Of a stretch of DNA of 64,000 nucleotides, positions 18,320 through 29,261 are shown piece after piece. The translations under genes and the position numbers were made by a program. Under the pieces are notes generated by a model that saw only the letters and a list, made by a program, of their open reading frames with translations, made no database searches and had not been told where the DNA came from. The stretch is from assembly GCA_964346905.1 (NCBI GenBank), contig CAYFXH010000001.1:1280-65279 (forward strand), given 5' to 3'. Source of the DNA: an uncultured Desulfobacteraceae bacterium. GTDB lineage: Bacteria > Desulfobacterota > Syntrophobacteria > BM002. The first letter of the stretch is position 1, and the number at the start of each line of letters is the position of its first letter.

Positions 18320-21040
18320 ATGGCTTTGACCGGTGCTTGGAATGCCGATTTCATCGATGAACAATATCGGCTGTGGAAGTCTGATCCCAGCAAGGTTTCC
18401 CGAGATTGGCAGTTTTTCTTTGAAGGTTTTGAGTTGGCCTCTGCCAGAGAGGCCGAAGTGGTTCTGGTCCACGATGATGACCAGGTTTCACGCCAGTCGC
18501 GGGTTGAAGCGCTTGTATATCGCTATCGTGATCTCGGACACCTGCTGGCCTGTCTGGATCCGCTTACGGCCTGCCCCACCGATCACCCTTTCTTAAATCC
18601 GGCGGCTTTTAACCTCACGGACGACGATCTGGATCGAGAATTCTACACCCAGCTTTTCCCTGACAGAGACCTGGCTTCCCTGCGCGAGATTCTTGAAGCC
18701 CTGAAAGAAACGTACTGCCGCTCCCTCGGGGTTGAGTATATGCACCTGCAGGACCCCGCGGAGCGCCAGTGGCTGCAAGAGCGTATGGAACCAGGTCGTA
18801 ATCGACCGATTTTGACCAAAGAGCAAAGAGTACGAATTCTTGATAAGCTGTACCAGGCCTCCCTCTTCGAACAGTTTCTCCATAAGAAGTACCTGGGTCA
18901 AACACGCTTTTCCCTGGAGGGAGCTGAGGCCCTAATTCCCATGCTGGATTCTCTCTTGAACCATGTTGCTGCAGGAGACTGCAGAGAAATTATCCTGGGG
19001 ATGGCTCATCGCGGGCGTTTGAATGTGCAGGCAAATATACTCGAAAAATCATACGAGGAGATTTTCTGCGAGTTTGAGAGCAACTATGACCCGGATACCG
19101 TATTTGGTGCCGGGGATGTCAAATACCACAACGGCTTCCTGGCTGACGTCCAAGTGGCCAACAATCGCGAAATGAGACTTTTTCTGGTTAACAATCCGAG
19201 TCACCTAGAGTCGGTCAATCCCGTGGTAGAAGGATTCGCTCGAGCCCGGCAGGACATATTGAGTGAGGAGGACGGACGTAGGATGGTGCTGCCGCTTCTC
19301 ATCCACGGTGACGCCGCCTTCGCCGGTCAGGGCGTTGTCGCCGAAACCTTAAACATGTCTCAACTTGAAGGGTACAGCACTGGGGGCACTGTTCATATTA
19401 TCATCAACAACCAGATTGGTTATACCACTTTGCCCGAAGATGCTCGCTCTACCCGCTACTCCACCGATATAGCTAAGATGCTCATGGTACCCATCTTCCA
19501 TGTCCATGGGGAGAATCCGGAAAGCGTCATTCACGTTACAAAACTTGCCTGTGACTATCGCATGGAATTCGGCAAGGATGTGGTCATTGATCTGGTCTGT
19601 TACCGCCGCTATGGGCACAACGAGGGCGACGAACCTTATTTTACTCAACCCCAGATGTACCAACGTATCAGGGAGAGACCGCCACTATACAAGATTTACG
19701 GTGAACAACTACTCGCGGAAAAGACGGTAACCGATGATGAGGTTAAAAGCATCGAGGCTGGCATAAAGGAGCGTTTAGAAACTTCCTTTACGACTATGCG
19801 AGAAAAACAGTGCGTCCTTCCCACTGTCAAATATTATGAGAACTGGGAGGGAATTAATGGAGAATATGCTCATACATCCGTAAAGACGGCCGTTCCAAAA
19901 AAGCAGCTCCTTGCCCTCGGTGGGAAATTGAATACCGTCCCAAAGGACTTCTCTCTCCACCCGAAGCTAGTGGGCCTTCTCAAAAAAAGGCTGGAAACCA
20001 TAGAAAAAGGGGCAGAAATCGACTGGGCCAACGCTGAAACCCTTGCTTTTGGCTCTCTGCTTTTGGAAGGTTTTCCCATTCGACTCAGTGGTCAGGACAG
20101 CCGTCGGGGCACCTTCAGCCAAAGACACAGCTCTTTGGTGGACACCAAGACCGGTGATGTATTCGTAGCTCTCAATGCTTTAGGTGAAGGGCAGGCTCCC
20201 TTTTACGCCTATGACAGCCTACTCTCCGAAGCCGGCGTCGTCGGCTTTGAATACGGGTATTCTCTCGCCCAACCGAATGGGCTGATCATGTGGGAGGCAC
20301 AATTCGGTGACTTCGTCAATAACGCCCAGGCGGTAATCGATCTTTACATAACCAGCGGGCAGTCTAAATGGCAGCGCTTAAGCGGTCTGGTCTTACTGCT
20401 TCCGCACGGTTTCGAAGGAATGGGGCCGGAGCATTCGAGTGCTCGTCTGGAGCGCTTTCTGCAGCTGTGTGCTGAGGAAAACATTCAGGTTTGCAACCCT
20501 ACTACCCCAGCTCAGTACTTTCATCTGCTCAGACGCCAGGTGAAGCGAGATTTTCGCAAGCCTTTGGTGGTTATGACTCCCAAAAGCCTACTGCGCCACC
20601 CCCTTGCGGTTTCGCACCTCGTGGAAATGACCTCAGGCTCCTTTAAAGAAGTTCTCGATGATGGTAACAACAAGAAAACCTGCCGCCGCATCCTCTTTTG
20701 TAGTGGCAAGATTTATTACGAACTCTTTCAGAGGCGCCAGGATCTGAAAGCGTCTGACATTGGTATCGTGCGGCTGGAGCAACTGTATCCCTTCCCTGAA
20801 AAGCAACTGGGAGGGGTGATCGATACATACAGTAGGGCCAAAGAGTGGTATTGGGTCCAGGAAGAACCCGAGAATATGGGAGGATGGAGCTTCATCCGAC
20901 CACGGTTGGCATCGTTAGCTGAAAAGCACATCAACTATATTGGCAGAGAAGCGGCGGCTAGCCCGGCCACAGGTTTTCGCAGTATCTACAAGGTTCAACA
21001 ACAGGCCATTGTCGACGAGGCTATTGGTCCGGTCCCATAA
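18320..21040 (+). CDS. sucA: 2-oxoglutarate dehydrogenase E1 component
   Basis: ORF-track frame 18272..21040; preferred start is Met17 (MALTGAWNADFIDEQYRLW) with GAAGGTGG RBS 7 nt upstream. ThDP-dependent E1 fold throughout (e.g. GQGVVAETLN, RYGHNEGDEP). Confidence 0.9.
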   Translation: MALTGAWNADFIDEQYRLWKSDPSKVSRDWQFFFEGFELASAREAEVVLVHDDDQVSRQSRVEALVYRYRDLGHLLACLDPLTACPTDHPFLNPAAFNLTDDDLDREFYTQLFPDRDLASLREILEALKETYCRSLGVEYMHLQDPAERQWLQERMEPGRNRPILTKEQRVRILDKLYQASLFEQFLHKKYLGQTRFSLEGAEALIPMLDSLLNHVAAGDCREIILGMAHRGRLNVQANILEKSYEEIFCEFESNYDPDTVFGAGDVKYHNGFLADVQVANNREMRLFLVNNPSHLESVNPVVEGFARARQDILSEEDGRRMVLPLLIHGDAAFAGQGVVAETLNMSQLEGYSTGGTVHIIINNQIGYTTLPEDARSTRYSTDIAKMLMVPIFHVHGENPESVIHVTKLACDYRMEFGKDVVIDLVCYRRYGHNEGDEPYFTQPQMYQRIRERPPLYKIYGEQLLAEKTVTDDEVKSIEAGIKERLETSFTTMREKQCVLPTVKYYENWEGINGEYAHTSVKTAVPKKQLLALGGKLNTVPKDFSLHPKLVGLLKKRLETIEKGAEIDWANAETLAFGSLLLEGFPIRLSGQDSRRGTFSQRHSSLVDTKTGDVFVALNALGEGQAPFYAYDSLLSEAGVVGFEYGYSLAQPNGLIMWEAQFGDFVNNAQAVIDLYITSGQSKWQRLSGLVLLLPHGFEGMGPEHSSARLERFLQLCAEENIQVCNPTTPAQYFHLLRRQVKRDFRKPLVVMTPKSLLRHPLAVSHLVEMTSGSFKEVLDDGNNKKTCRRILFCSGKIYYELFQRRQDLKASDIGIVRLEQLYPFPEKQLGGVIDTYSRAKEWYWVQEEPENMGGWSFIRPRLASLAEKHINYIGREAAASPATGFRSIYKVQQQAIVDEAIGPVP

Positions 21041-21100
21041 TCGCAGAGCGCATGGCTTGATGAGACAAGATCGCTTTGACGCCCGGTAATGCGCGCGTGA

Positions 21101-21265
21101 TCAAATTCGAAGCTAGAATGTCGAAATCCGAAACAATTCTCAAATGTTCAAAATTCAAATGATCAAAACTAAGACACCAATTTCTCTAGTGCCAATTTCT
21201 AGCATTGGAGAATTCGGTTTTTGAATTTGTTTCGTGCTTCGTGCTTCGGATTTAGAATTTGGATT
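21101..21265. repeat. Inverted pair of cgaaatc/ttcaaat heptamer arrays between sucA and sucB
   Basis: Left arm attcgaagctagaatgtcgaaatccgaaacaattctcaaatgttcaaaattcaaatg; right arm ttcggtttttgaatttgtttcgtgcttcgtgcttcggatttagaatttgg. Confidence 0.6.
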
Positions 21266-21316
21266 ATTCATTGTTGGCGAGAGGTTTCTGAACAACCAAA
21301 TAACCTAGGAGCAACC

Positions 21317-22576
21317 ATGTTGTTAGACATTAAGGTCCCCAGTGTGGGAGAATCGGTGACGGAAGCAACCATAGCCCAGTGGTACAAGAAAGACGGTGAC
21401 CTGGTTCGCAAGGATGAACTCCTTTTCGTCCTTGAAACCGACAAAGTCACCCTCGAGATCGAGGCCGAAGCGGACGGAGTCTTAAAGATAACTGTACCGG
21501 AGGGCGAAACGGTGGCGATTGGAGCCATCGTTGGCACCATTGATGTCGAGGCTGTTCCTGAGGTGGTTGAAGAGGTTGCACCCCGCGAGGTGCCAAAACC
21601 ACCTCCAGCCGCTCCACCGCCGCCTGAACCACCAGCTGTTGAGCCAGCAAGGGAAATTCCGCAAATGGTATCCCTTGAACCAGTTCTGGCCCCCTCAGTG
21701 CGGAGACTCGTGGCCGAGAAAAACGTAGACGTTTCCCACATCACTGGCACTGGGCCTGCAGGCCGAATTACCAAAGGTGACGTACTTCTCTATCTAGAGC
21801 AAGCCGCGGTGGCAGCACTCCGCGAAGCTCCGGTCACACAGCCAGCCGTGGTTCAGGAGGTTATTCCTGCAATCGATGAGCAGATTACCCGGAAGCCCAT
21901 GAGCCAGATCAGACAGCGCATTGCTACCCGGTTGTTGGAAGCAAAACAGAACACGGCTATGCTCACCACCTTCAACGAAGTTGACATGAGCAGGGTCCAG
22001 GAAATCCGCGCGCATTACAAGGATGCCTTCCACAAAAAGTATGGGGTAAAGCTGGGTATCATGTCCTTTTTTATAAAGGCATGCGTCGAGGCCTTGATGG
22101 AATTTCCCGAGTTGAACGGCTCCATAGAGGGGAAGGATATCATCTACCACAACTACTACCACATAGGCGTGGCCATTGGCGCTGAACGGGGTCTGGTGGT
22201 GCCAGTTATTCGCCATGCCGACAAACGAAGCTTCGCCGAACTTGAACAGACCATCATAGATTATGTCAACAAGATTAGAGAAAATCGCCTTGAACTCGCT
22301 GACCTTGAAGGCGGCACCTTTACCATTACCAACGGTGGCGTATTCGGTTCCCTGTTGAGCACCCCAATTCTTAATATGCCTCAAAGTGGTATCTTGGGCA
22401 TGCATAAGATTGAGGATCGCCCCATGGTCGTGGATGGCAAAGTTGTCGTCCGGCCCATGATGTATGTGGCCTTGACCTACGATCATCGTATGGTGGATGG
22501 TCGGCAAGCAGTCACATTTTTGGTTCGGATCAAGGATTTCATCGAAGATCCAGACCGGATCATGATAGAGATCTAG
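21317..22576 (+). CDS. sucB: Dihydrolipoyllysine-residue succinyltransferase (E2) of the 2-oxoglutarate dehydrogenase complex
   Basis: Start Met33 of ORF 21221..22576 ([27 protein letters not shown] lipoyl domain); Pro/Ala-rich linker; catalytic [13 protein letters not shown] motif. Confidence 0.9.
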   Translation: MLLDIKVPSVGESVTEATIAQWYKKDGDLVRKDELLFVLETDKVTLEIEAEADGVLKITVPEGETVAIGAIVGTIDVEAVPEVVEEVAPREVPKPPPAAPPPPEPPAVEPAREIPQMVSLEPVLAPSVRRLVAEKNVDVSHITGTGPAGRITKGDVLLYLEQAAVAALREAPVTQPAVVQEVIPAIDEQITRKPMSQIRQRIATRLLEAKQNTAMLTTFNEVDMSRVQEIRAHYKDAFHKKYGVKLGIMSFFIKACVEALMEFPELNGSIEGKDIIYHNYYHIGVAIGAERGLVVPVIRHADKRSFAELEQTIIDYVNKIRENRLELADLEGGTFTITNGGVFGSLLSTPILNMPQSGILGMHKIEDRPMVVDGKVVVRPMMYVALTYDHRMVDGRQAVTFLVRIKDFIEDPDRIMIEI

Positions 22577-22681
22577 CCAGTCCGTTTAAAATGATCTATT
22601 TTATCTCTCACAGAGAACTCAGAGAACTCAAAAACACCAAAAGTTAGATGATCATGGATCGAAGGATCGCTTTGAAGCTCA

Positions 22682-22790
22682 GGGGAATCCTTGTGGAGGC
22701 GAAGATAAGCAAGCTTATTTTTGCCTCCACAAGGATTCCCCATCGGTCCTGATGTAAGCCATCGGGACCGTCCCGCGCCTAGGCGCGGGG
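22682..22790. terminator. Three consecutive hairpins after sucB (19-25 bp stem GGGGAATCCTTGTGGAGGC...GCCTCCACAAGGATTCCCC; tcggtcc...ggaccg; CCCGCGCCTAGGCGCGGGG)
   Basis: Perfect inverted repeats seen directly, 106-214 nt after sucB stop; no clear T-run, so may be RNA-processing/REP-type rather than intrinsic terminators. Confidence 0.4.
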
Positions 22791-22911
22791 CTTTCAAACG
22801 ACCCAACACATTTTCATAATATGTCTTTCTCTGAGTCCTCTGAGGGCTCGAGTGAGCCCGCAGAGCGGGAGAGCGGGCGAGAGACCTGAATTTCTAACAT
22901 AGGATCTGACC

Positions 22912-24339
22912 ATGGCAAAGAAAGAAACCTACGACCTCATTATTATCGGTTCTGGGCCCGGTGGATATGTGGCGGCGGTGCGGGCGGCGCAGCTCGATAT
23001 GAAGGTGGCCTGCCTCGAGAAAGAGCCTCGGCTCGGTGGGGTGTGTCTGAATGTCGGCTGTATTCCCAGCAAGGCACTCCTTGATTCCAGTGAGTACTTT
23101 CATCTTGCCAGGGATCACTTTTCAGACCATGGAATCAAGATCGGTAAAGTGAGTTTGGATCTGGCCGCCATGATGGCAAGAAAAGATCAGGTGGTTCAGG
23201 AGCTCACCGATAACGTGCGCAAGCTCTTGGAGGGAAATAACGTTGACATTATCCACGGCACCGGTCGGTTGGTGGGCGAGGATCAGGTTGAGGTGGTGAA
23301 AAAAGCGGGCTCCCGCCGTAAGAGCGATCGCCGGACCTTACAAGCGAAAGCCATTCTTCTAGCCACTGGAAGTGAACCCATATCGGTTCCCGGCCTCGAA
23401 TTTGACGGTGATCGCATTGTAAGTTCCACCGAAGCACTTACCTTTGACTCGGTCCCCAAGCACCTTGGCGTTGTGGGCGGCGGCTACATCGGCCTTGAGC
23501 TAGGATCAGTCTGGCTGCGCTTGGGAGCCAAGGTCACGGTAATTGAGATGCTACCGCAAATCGCCACGCTCTTGGATGGGCAGGTAGCCCGCGGTCTGGA
23601 ACGTATTCTTTCTAAACAAGGTTTGACTTTTCGGTTGCAGACCAAGGTTGCAGGGGCAAAGGTCGCTGGTAAAAAGGTTCAGGTGACTTTGGAAAGCGAT
23701 GGCAAAGAAGAGTCTATGAATTGTGACCGCTTGCTGGTTGCCGTGGGCCGCCGTCCTCTGACTCGCGGGCTCGGCTTGGAGGAGATAGGGGTTGAATTGG
23801 ACTCCAGGACTGGCCACGTGTTGGTGGATGAGAACTACCGAACCAACCTCCAGTCTGTGTATGCCATCGGTGATCTCATCCCTGGCCCAGCATTGGCTCA
23901 CACTGCCTCTGCCGAGGGAATCGCCGCAGTGGAAAGCATTGCCGGGCTTCCCGGAGAAGTAAACTACGATGCCATTCCCTCAATAATCTACACCTGGCCT
24001 GAGGTAGCTAGTGTGGGGCTCACCGAGGAACAGGTGAAAGAACGCAATATTCCCTATTGTATTGGTGCCTATCCATTTGCCGGCGCCGGGCGGGCGCGCT
24101 GCATGGGTGAAAAGGATGGATTTGTCAAGATAATCGCCCACGCCAAGACCGATCGAATCTTGGGCGTGCACATCCTCGGGCCACGCGCTTCGGATATGAT
24201 CGCAGAATGCGTTCTCGCAGTAGAATTCGGCGCCAGTTCCGAAGACATTTCTCGAACCGTCCACGGCCACCCAACTTTTGCCGAGGCACTACAGGAGGCG
24301 GCCTTGGCGGTGAGAAAGTGCTCCATCTATGCCTCATAA
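22912..24339 (+). CDS. lpdA: Dihydrolipoyl dehydrogenase (E3)
   Basis: 475 aa; FAD motif IIGSGPGGYVAA, redox-active disulfide GGVCLNVGCIPSK, C-terminal HAHPT. Confidence 0.9.
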   Translation: MAKKETYDLIIIGSGPGGYVAAVRAAQLDMKVACLEKEPRLGGVCLNVGCIPSKALLDSSEYFHLARDHFSDHGIKIGKVSLDLAAMMARKDQVVQELTDNVRKLLEGNNVDIIHGTGRLVGEDQVEVVKKAGSRRKSDRRTLQAKAILLATGSEPISVPGLEFDGDRIVSSTEALTFDSVPKHLGVVGGGYIGLELGSVWLRLGAKVTVIEMLPQIATLLDGQVARGLERILSKQGLTFRLQTKVAGAKVAGKKVQVTLESDGKEESMNCDRLLVAVGRRPLTRGLGLEEIGVELDSRTGHVLVDENYRTNLQSVYAIGDLIPGPALAHTASAEGIAAVESIAGLPGEVNYDAIPSIIYTWPEVASVGLTEEQVKERNIPYCIGAYPFAGAGRARCMGEKDGFVKIIAHAKTDRILGVHILGPRASDMIAECVLAVEFGASSEDISRTVHGHPTFAEALQEAALAVRKCSIYAS

Positions 24340-24473
24340 CGGTGCGGTCAATACCTCACCCACATTTTGCAGTACTGATTACAAGTGTGTCCAGCGGTTA
24401 TTCTCAACCGCTTTCCGTCCTAAACAACCTCATTACGTGTAAATGCGTATTGACTTTGACTGGACCGCTTACC

Positions 24474-24502
24474 TTGCGAAACCGCGGATGCATCACTATA
24501 TA
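24474..24502 (+). promoter_or_regulatory. Sigma70-like promoter candidate (TTGCGA - 17 nt - TATATA) upstream of the epimerase gene
   Basis: Hexamer match and spacing seen in sequence; 85 nt upstream of ATG 24587. Confidence 0.3.
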
Positions 24503-24586
24503 GTAAGCAACATAGCTAACGAAACTGGAGCTTGCAGTAATTCGTAATCCAGTTAGAGTGTTGAGAAGGACGGGGGAGAATTCAGG

Positions 24587-25576
24587 ATGGCTAACGATCC
24601 TGGCAAGATATTAGTAACAGGCGCTACTGGCTTTATCGGCTATGAAGTTGCAAAACAACTGTCTCAAAAAGGCTATAAGCCCAGACTAATGGTGAGAAGA
24701 CCGCTCCGCGGTTTCCTGTTGAAATCCCTGGATGCTGAGCTAATGCAGGGTGATCTAGGGCAACCCAAGAGTCTGGAACGTATGCTTAAGTCCGTTGATA
24801 TGGTGATTCATCTGGGCGCCCGGGCCACCTTCGAGCCTTACAAAGCACTGCGTCCTTCAATAGTTGAAGGATCAATTAATCTTATGCGCGCTGCGATAGA
24901 AGCGGGCGTAAGAACCTTTGTGTATGGAGGTAGTCTTCTGGTATATGGCGAGCAGGCAAAGCCGATCACCCAGCAAACGGCTGCGGCGCCAAATATTGAT
25001 TACGGTAGAGCTAAGCTGGAAGCAGAAACTATGTTGTTGAAAATGGCAGCAGATGCCGGTATCTGTTTCACTTCAATGCGTTTACCACACACTTACGGGG
25101 TGAACAGCCTCCTTTTTAATCAGATGCGGGGAGGAAAAATCGTATTTCCCGGAAAAGGAAACAATGTGTTTGCTCACCTTCACGTGGTCGATGCAGCTCG
25201 GGCATTAATCAAAGCCGCTGAGGATGGTAAGGCTGGTATATCAGTAATAGCGGATAATGCATCGTGCACTTGGAACGATCTTTTTGCCATCACCCAGCAT
25301 TATTACCCCAAGCTCCGTGTTATTAGAGTTCCCAAATGGATAGCCCTCTTTGTGACCACTATTCTGGATACGCTCTACCGCTTCACCCCCTATTGGAACA
25401 AATTTTCTCCAGGCGGAGTAAAAAGCTGGACTTCAAACTTACCGGTAGAACCAAATACTTTGCAGGATATTTTGGGGATGGAGCCGATGTACCCAACTAT
25501 TGAACAAGGTATACCCGCCGCCCTTGACGATTGTATCTCTTATTTTTGGCGTCATTCATTAGAAGACAATGATTAA
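24587..25576 (+). CDS. NAD-dependent epimerase/dehydratase (extended SDR) family protein
   Basis: 329 aa; N-terminal Rossmann motif ILVTGATGFIGYEV. Confidence 0.75.
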   Translation: MANDPGKILVTGATGFIGYEVAKQLSQKGYKPRLMVRRPLRGFLLKSLDAELMQGDLGQPKSLERMLKSVDMVIHLGARATFEPYKALRPSIVEGSINLMRAAIEAGVRTFVYGGSLLVYGEQAKPITQQTAAAPNIDYGRAKLEAETMLLKMAADAGICFTSMRLPHTYGVNSLLFNQMRGGKIVFPGKGNNVFAHLHVVDAARALIKAAEDGKAGISVIADNASCTWNDLFAITQHYYPKLRVIRVPKWIALFVTTILDTLYRFTPYWNKFSPGGVKSWTSNLPVEPNTLQDILGMEPMYPTIEQGIPAALDDCISYFWRHSLEDND

Positions 25577-25709
25577 TCGGCACGATAAACAAGCAGGAGC
25601 ACCACACTTTATTTCACGGGCCTTTCTTGGCTGGATGGCAGCCTTAGCGGAGACCAAACAATAATTTCCATCGGATCTTCAGTTCAATCAGGTCTGCGGA
25701 GGTAACCTC

Positions 25710-26165
25710 ATGTTCATTAGTGAAGAAATTGAGATCTCAGCACCAATTTCCATTGTTTGGGCTGTCTTTTCCAAAGTGGAAGAATGGGACGACTGGAACA
25801 GCGCCTGCCAAAGGTGCCATCTCATTTCAGGCGAGGAGATGGCGACGGGAGCGTGCTTTTCCTTTGTGGTTAGACCGTTTACCCTGCCAATTAAAGTCAA
25901 CTCGCAAATCATTAAGTGCGAACCTGGACAGGAGGTGGTCTGGAAGGGAGAACGTCTAGGGATTCACGCTGTGCATACATGGACTTTTAAAGAGGTGGAT
26001 GGTGCGGTTATTCTTGACAGCCATGAACAGTATAGCGGCCCCCTACTCTGGTTGGCGAGATTGATCCTGGTCCCCAGACGTCTTCACCATCTTACCCGAG
26101 AGCTTCTTGTTTCCATCAAGCAAGAGGCTGAGGCTCGTTACCAAGCCAAAAGGGCTCCTGACTAG
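25710..26165 (+). CDS. SRPBCC (polyketide cyclase/dehydrase-like) ligand-binding protein
   Basis: 151 aa; IEISAPISIVWAVFSKVEEWDDWN N-terminal signature of SRPBCC fold. Confidence 0.6.
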   Translation: MFISEEIEISAPISIVWAVFSKVEEWDDWNSACQRCHLISGEEMATGACFSFVVRPFTLPIKVNSQIIKCEPGQEVVWKGERLGIHAVHTWTFKEVDGAVILDSHEQYSGPLLWLARLILVPRRLHHLTRELLVSIKQEAEARYQAKRAPD

Positions 26166-26210
26166 GATTGTCAGGAGATCTTTTCGGCAGCCATCTTTTT
26201 CACCTACTTG

Positions 26211-27083
26211 CTAATAAACATCCAGTATTGAAGCATGTCTCAGCACTTCGTCCGTTGCATGCTTAAGATCAGACATGCACATCACGTTCTTGAGGGCAAT
26301 TGCAGCGTATCTCGAGAAGGAGTTCAGCAGCTTTAGATTATCCAGGGTAAACCGGTTCCCTTTTCGATTGCTTAAATTCAACACTCCAAAACAATTTCCC
26401 TGATATTTGAAGGGGACGCATATCAGAGACCCGATCTCTAACGAACCGACCTTGTAGCGCGAGTCTGTTAGGACATCATTGACGAGTTCGGCTTTACCGG
26501 TCCCTATGACATCGCCGGCAACTCCTTCACCAACTGCGAGGTCTAATCTCTTCTGTGCTTTCTCACCGAAGGCAGCCCTGATGTATAGTTGATCGTTCTC
26601 CTCTTCAACAAGCATGATCGAACCGTTTTCTGCAGTTACAACGTTTTCTTTGGCTTCTTCCAGGATAAAACTGCAAGTCTCTTCTAAATCCAGAGTGCCG
26701 CAAAGTATGTTCAGTTTTTTCTTCTTCAGCTCGGCAAAATCCTTACTAAGCCGTCTTATTGTGCCACTCATGGTTTCAATTACTTTTAGAACCACCGTCG
26801 GGTCCTTCCAGATTGTCGAAAACAGTTTCTTCTTGTCGATACTCAAAACCCTCGTATCACCCTCGGCCGTGGCGGATGCGGATCGCGGCAACTTGTCGAA
26901 CAGAGCCATTTCTCCAAATATATCTCCGCTTTGAAGCGTGACCATGGTGATATCTCCAGAAGAATAGTTTTTCGATATTCTTACCTTTCCCGACTGGATT
27001 ACATACATTACATCGCCCTTTTCACCCTCTCTAAAAATAATCTCACCATCGGAATACAGCCTGCCAAGTTCACCTTCTCTCAT
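26211..27083 (-). CDS. Cyclic-nucleotide-binding domain protein with C-terminal GAF domain
   Basis: Start taken at Met16 of ORF 26211..27128 (AAGGAGGTG RBS 7 nt upstream). cNMP motif GEIIFREGEKGDVMYVIQSGKVRI...GDIFGEMALFD...RSASATAEGD; C-terminal ~150 aa GAF-like (VGEGVAGDVIGTGKAELVNDV). Confidence 0.7.
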   Translation of the reverse strand: MREGELGRLYSDGEIIFREGEKGDVMYVIQSGKVRISKNYSSGDITMVTLQSGDIFGEMALFDKLPRSASATAEGDTRVLSIDKKKLFSTIWKDPTVVLKVIETMSGTIRRLSKDFAELKKKKLNILCGTLDLEETCSFILEEAKENVVTAENGSIMLVEEENDQLYIRAAFGEKAQKRLDLAVGEGVAGDVIGTGKAELVNDVLTDSRYKVGSLEIGSLICVPFKYQGNCFGVLNLSNRKGNRFTLDNLKLLNSFSRYAAIALKNVMCMSDLKHATDEVLRHASILDVY

Positions 27084-27088
27084 TCGCC

Positions 27089-28480
27089 TCACCTCCTTCT
27101 TATCAGTGTTCTCGCGAACGCCCTCCATAGATCAAACCGCATCGGCAAGCTAATAGCTGTTCCGAAAATATTCTTGAAGCGTTCGTTTCCCGTGAACATG
27201 TTCCACAAGACTGAACTCAATCTTTTGCGATCCTTAGGATCGCTCTGTTCTTCCCGAACAATTTGTAGCATCCATCTCGTAAGCAGTCCGTAATTCTTGT
27301 ACAGATCGGCAAGGAAATATAGGTAAGTCCCGAAATAGTTGTCCACAATAATGTTTTTGTAGACTGGATAGTAATGTTCCTGAAAGTCCTGCTTGCTCAC
27401 CCCGTGAAGAACCGCCGTGTTTGCTGCAGCTTTTCCCATGATGTAGGCGGCTCCAAGACCATCTTTAAAAAGGCGCGTCGACCCGGCATCACCACACATG
27501 ACCACCCTGTCCGTAAACGGTATTTTGGGGGCTTTGATATTCATCTTAGGCAGACAGCGACAACCAAACTTGTAGCTCACTGACTTCGGCAGGACTTCTT
27601 TCACCACCGGGTAGTCAAGAAAGTCTGTTATTGTATTGACATTCAAATCATGCCCCAGAATGCATAGGGTGAGATATGTGACTTTGGGAACTATGGCCGC
27701 GAATTTCAGATTCTTTATCGGCAGGAGAAAGATGTGAATGGAATTGCCAAAATGCTCAGTGATAATTTCTTCGTCGAAGCTCAATTCAGCAATAGCCGCC
27801 TTGATAGTCCGAGGCTCTTCATACCCGAATCCTATATCCTGAAAAATGCCCGACTTGCCACTGTTTACCCCCACGGCCCCGACAACAAGGTCAGCTTGCT
27901 CTTTCCTCCCGCCCTGGGAAAACAAAATCGGCTTGCCATTCTTGTATTCAATTCCTTGAATCTTGAGAGGGATGTGTGCTGCCCCCTCCTTTACAGCCTG
28001 ACCCAGAAGAAAATCATCGAAACTCTCCTTGTCTTCCCCGATAATACCCTTTGGTCCGCCTCCCCTATAAACTGCGGCTATGGTGTTTTCAAAAGATGGA
28101 GTAGCAATAGAAACGCTTCCCTTCGTGGTATGGAGTTGATAGGAATTAATACCCTTCCACACGACCGAATCCGGCAAGTTGATCCCCTCAACTGCAAGCG
28201 TCTGGACGAGCAGTTCGGATATTATGCCTGCGCATTTATTACAGCCCGCAGGGCCATCCTTGGTGAAGTTCTTGGGATCATAGATGGTAATATTGAGTTT
28301 CTTGTCGAGCATCTTGGCCAGTTTCAGGGCAAAGATACTGAAGAAGGACCCCGTCGGCCCGCCCCCTACAACAGCAATCCTCGAGCCGTCCTCCAGGGCA
28401 TAGGGACCACTTTCGGCTAGAGCCTGCTTGGCCACGTAAGCTGCAAAATCAGATTTTGAGTGATCCTGGCGCGATAACAT
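27089..28480 (-). CDS. FAD-dependent oxidoreductase (geranylgeranyl-reductase-like flavoprotein family)
   Basis: Dinucleotide-binding motif RIAVVGGGPTGSFFS near N-terminus; ORF track extends to 28555 (GTG), start uncertain. Confidence 0.55.
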   Translation of the reverse strand: MLSRQDHSKSDFAAYVAKQALAESGPYALEDGSRIAVVGGGPTGSFFSIFALKLAKMLDKKLNITIYDPKNFTKDGPAGCNKCAGIISELLVQTLAVEGINLPDSVVWKGINSYQLHTTKGSVSIATPSFENTIAAVYRGGGPKGIIGEDKESFDDFLLGQAVKEGAAHIPLKIQGIEYKNGKPILFSQGGRKEQADLVVGAVGVNSGKSGIFQDIGFGYEEPRTIKAAIAELSFDEEIITEHFGNSIHIFLLPIKNLKFAAIVPKVTYLTLCILGHDLNVNTITDFLDYPVVKEVLPKSVSYKFGCRCLPKMNIKAPKIPFTDRVVMCGDAGSTRLFKDGLGAAYIMGKAAANTAVLHGVSKQDFQEHYYPVYKNIIVDNYFGTYLYFLADLYKNYGLLTRWMLQIVREEQSDPKDRKRLSSVLWNMFTGNERFKNIFGTAISLPMRFDLWRAFARTLIRRR

Positions 28481-28749
28481 AAACTCGGTTAAAATACGAT
28501 GAAGACACAAAAATTTTATAATAGGATAGAAAACTCTCGGTTTGAAGTTTACCACAATGTGCCATGTCCGTCAAGCTAGATGCATGCCAGGAGTTACCCT
28601 GAAAGTAACCGGTTTATTGCAAGCTCGTCCCTAAATTTTTACAATAAAATTTGCCCATAAACAAAGAATATGATCGCGCGAAGAATTACTTTTCACAATT
28701 TTTTGCTGATATAGCTAGGATGCTTTTGAGCTTGAGTGGAGGTGTTCGA

Positions 28750-29160
28750 ATGAAAAGGCCTCAGGTGGGTGTGGGTATATTTGTCAAGAGAGCAGGAAAA
28801 ATTCTAGTGGGTGAGAGAAAAAGAGCTCTCGGCGCCGGTACCTGGGCTTTACCCGGAGGGCATCTGGAAGGTGGGGAGTCTTTTGAGGAATGCTGCAAAA
28901 GAGAAGTTTTGGAGGAGACAGGCCTCATTATAAAAAATCCTCGTCCCCTCATATTCACCAATGACGTTTTCGCTGATGAGGGCCTTCATTACGTTACGTT
29001 ATTTTTTACTGCTGATTACGAATCTGGGGAGTTAGTGGTTGGAGAACCACGCCAATCTGCGCAGTGGCGGTGGGTTTCGCTGCGCACTATCCCCCAGCCC
29101 ATTTTTCTACCACTTCGCAACGCCCTGGAAGAAATCGGCAAGCGGCAGCTATCAGTATAG
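28750..29160 (+). CDS. NUDIX hydrolase
   Basis: Start Met34 of ORF 28651..29160 (GGAGG RBS). Nudix box GGHLEGGESFEECCKREVLEETGL. Confidence 0.8.
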   Translation: MKRPQVGVGIFVKRAGKILVGERKRALGAGTWALPGGHLEGGESFEECCKREVLEETGLIIKNPRPLIFTNDVFADEGLHYVTLFFTADYESGELVVGEPRQSAQWRWVSLRTIPQPIFLPLRNALEEIGKRQLSV

Positions 29161-29261
29161 CGGGGTCAGGCCTTGTAATTGAATCACATCCCCAGGTTTA
29201 AAAGACAAGCTATTTTTGCTTATATAAAGGCGATATTATTTGAAATACAGGTGATCCACTG

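Noticed and set aside
21268-21774. Minus-strand 168-aa ORF
   Set aside because: Antisense to the Pro/Ala-rich linker of sucB; typical GC-rich shadow frame.
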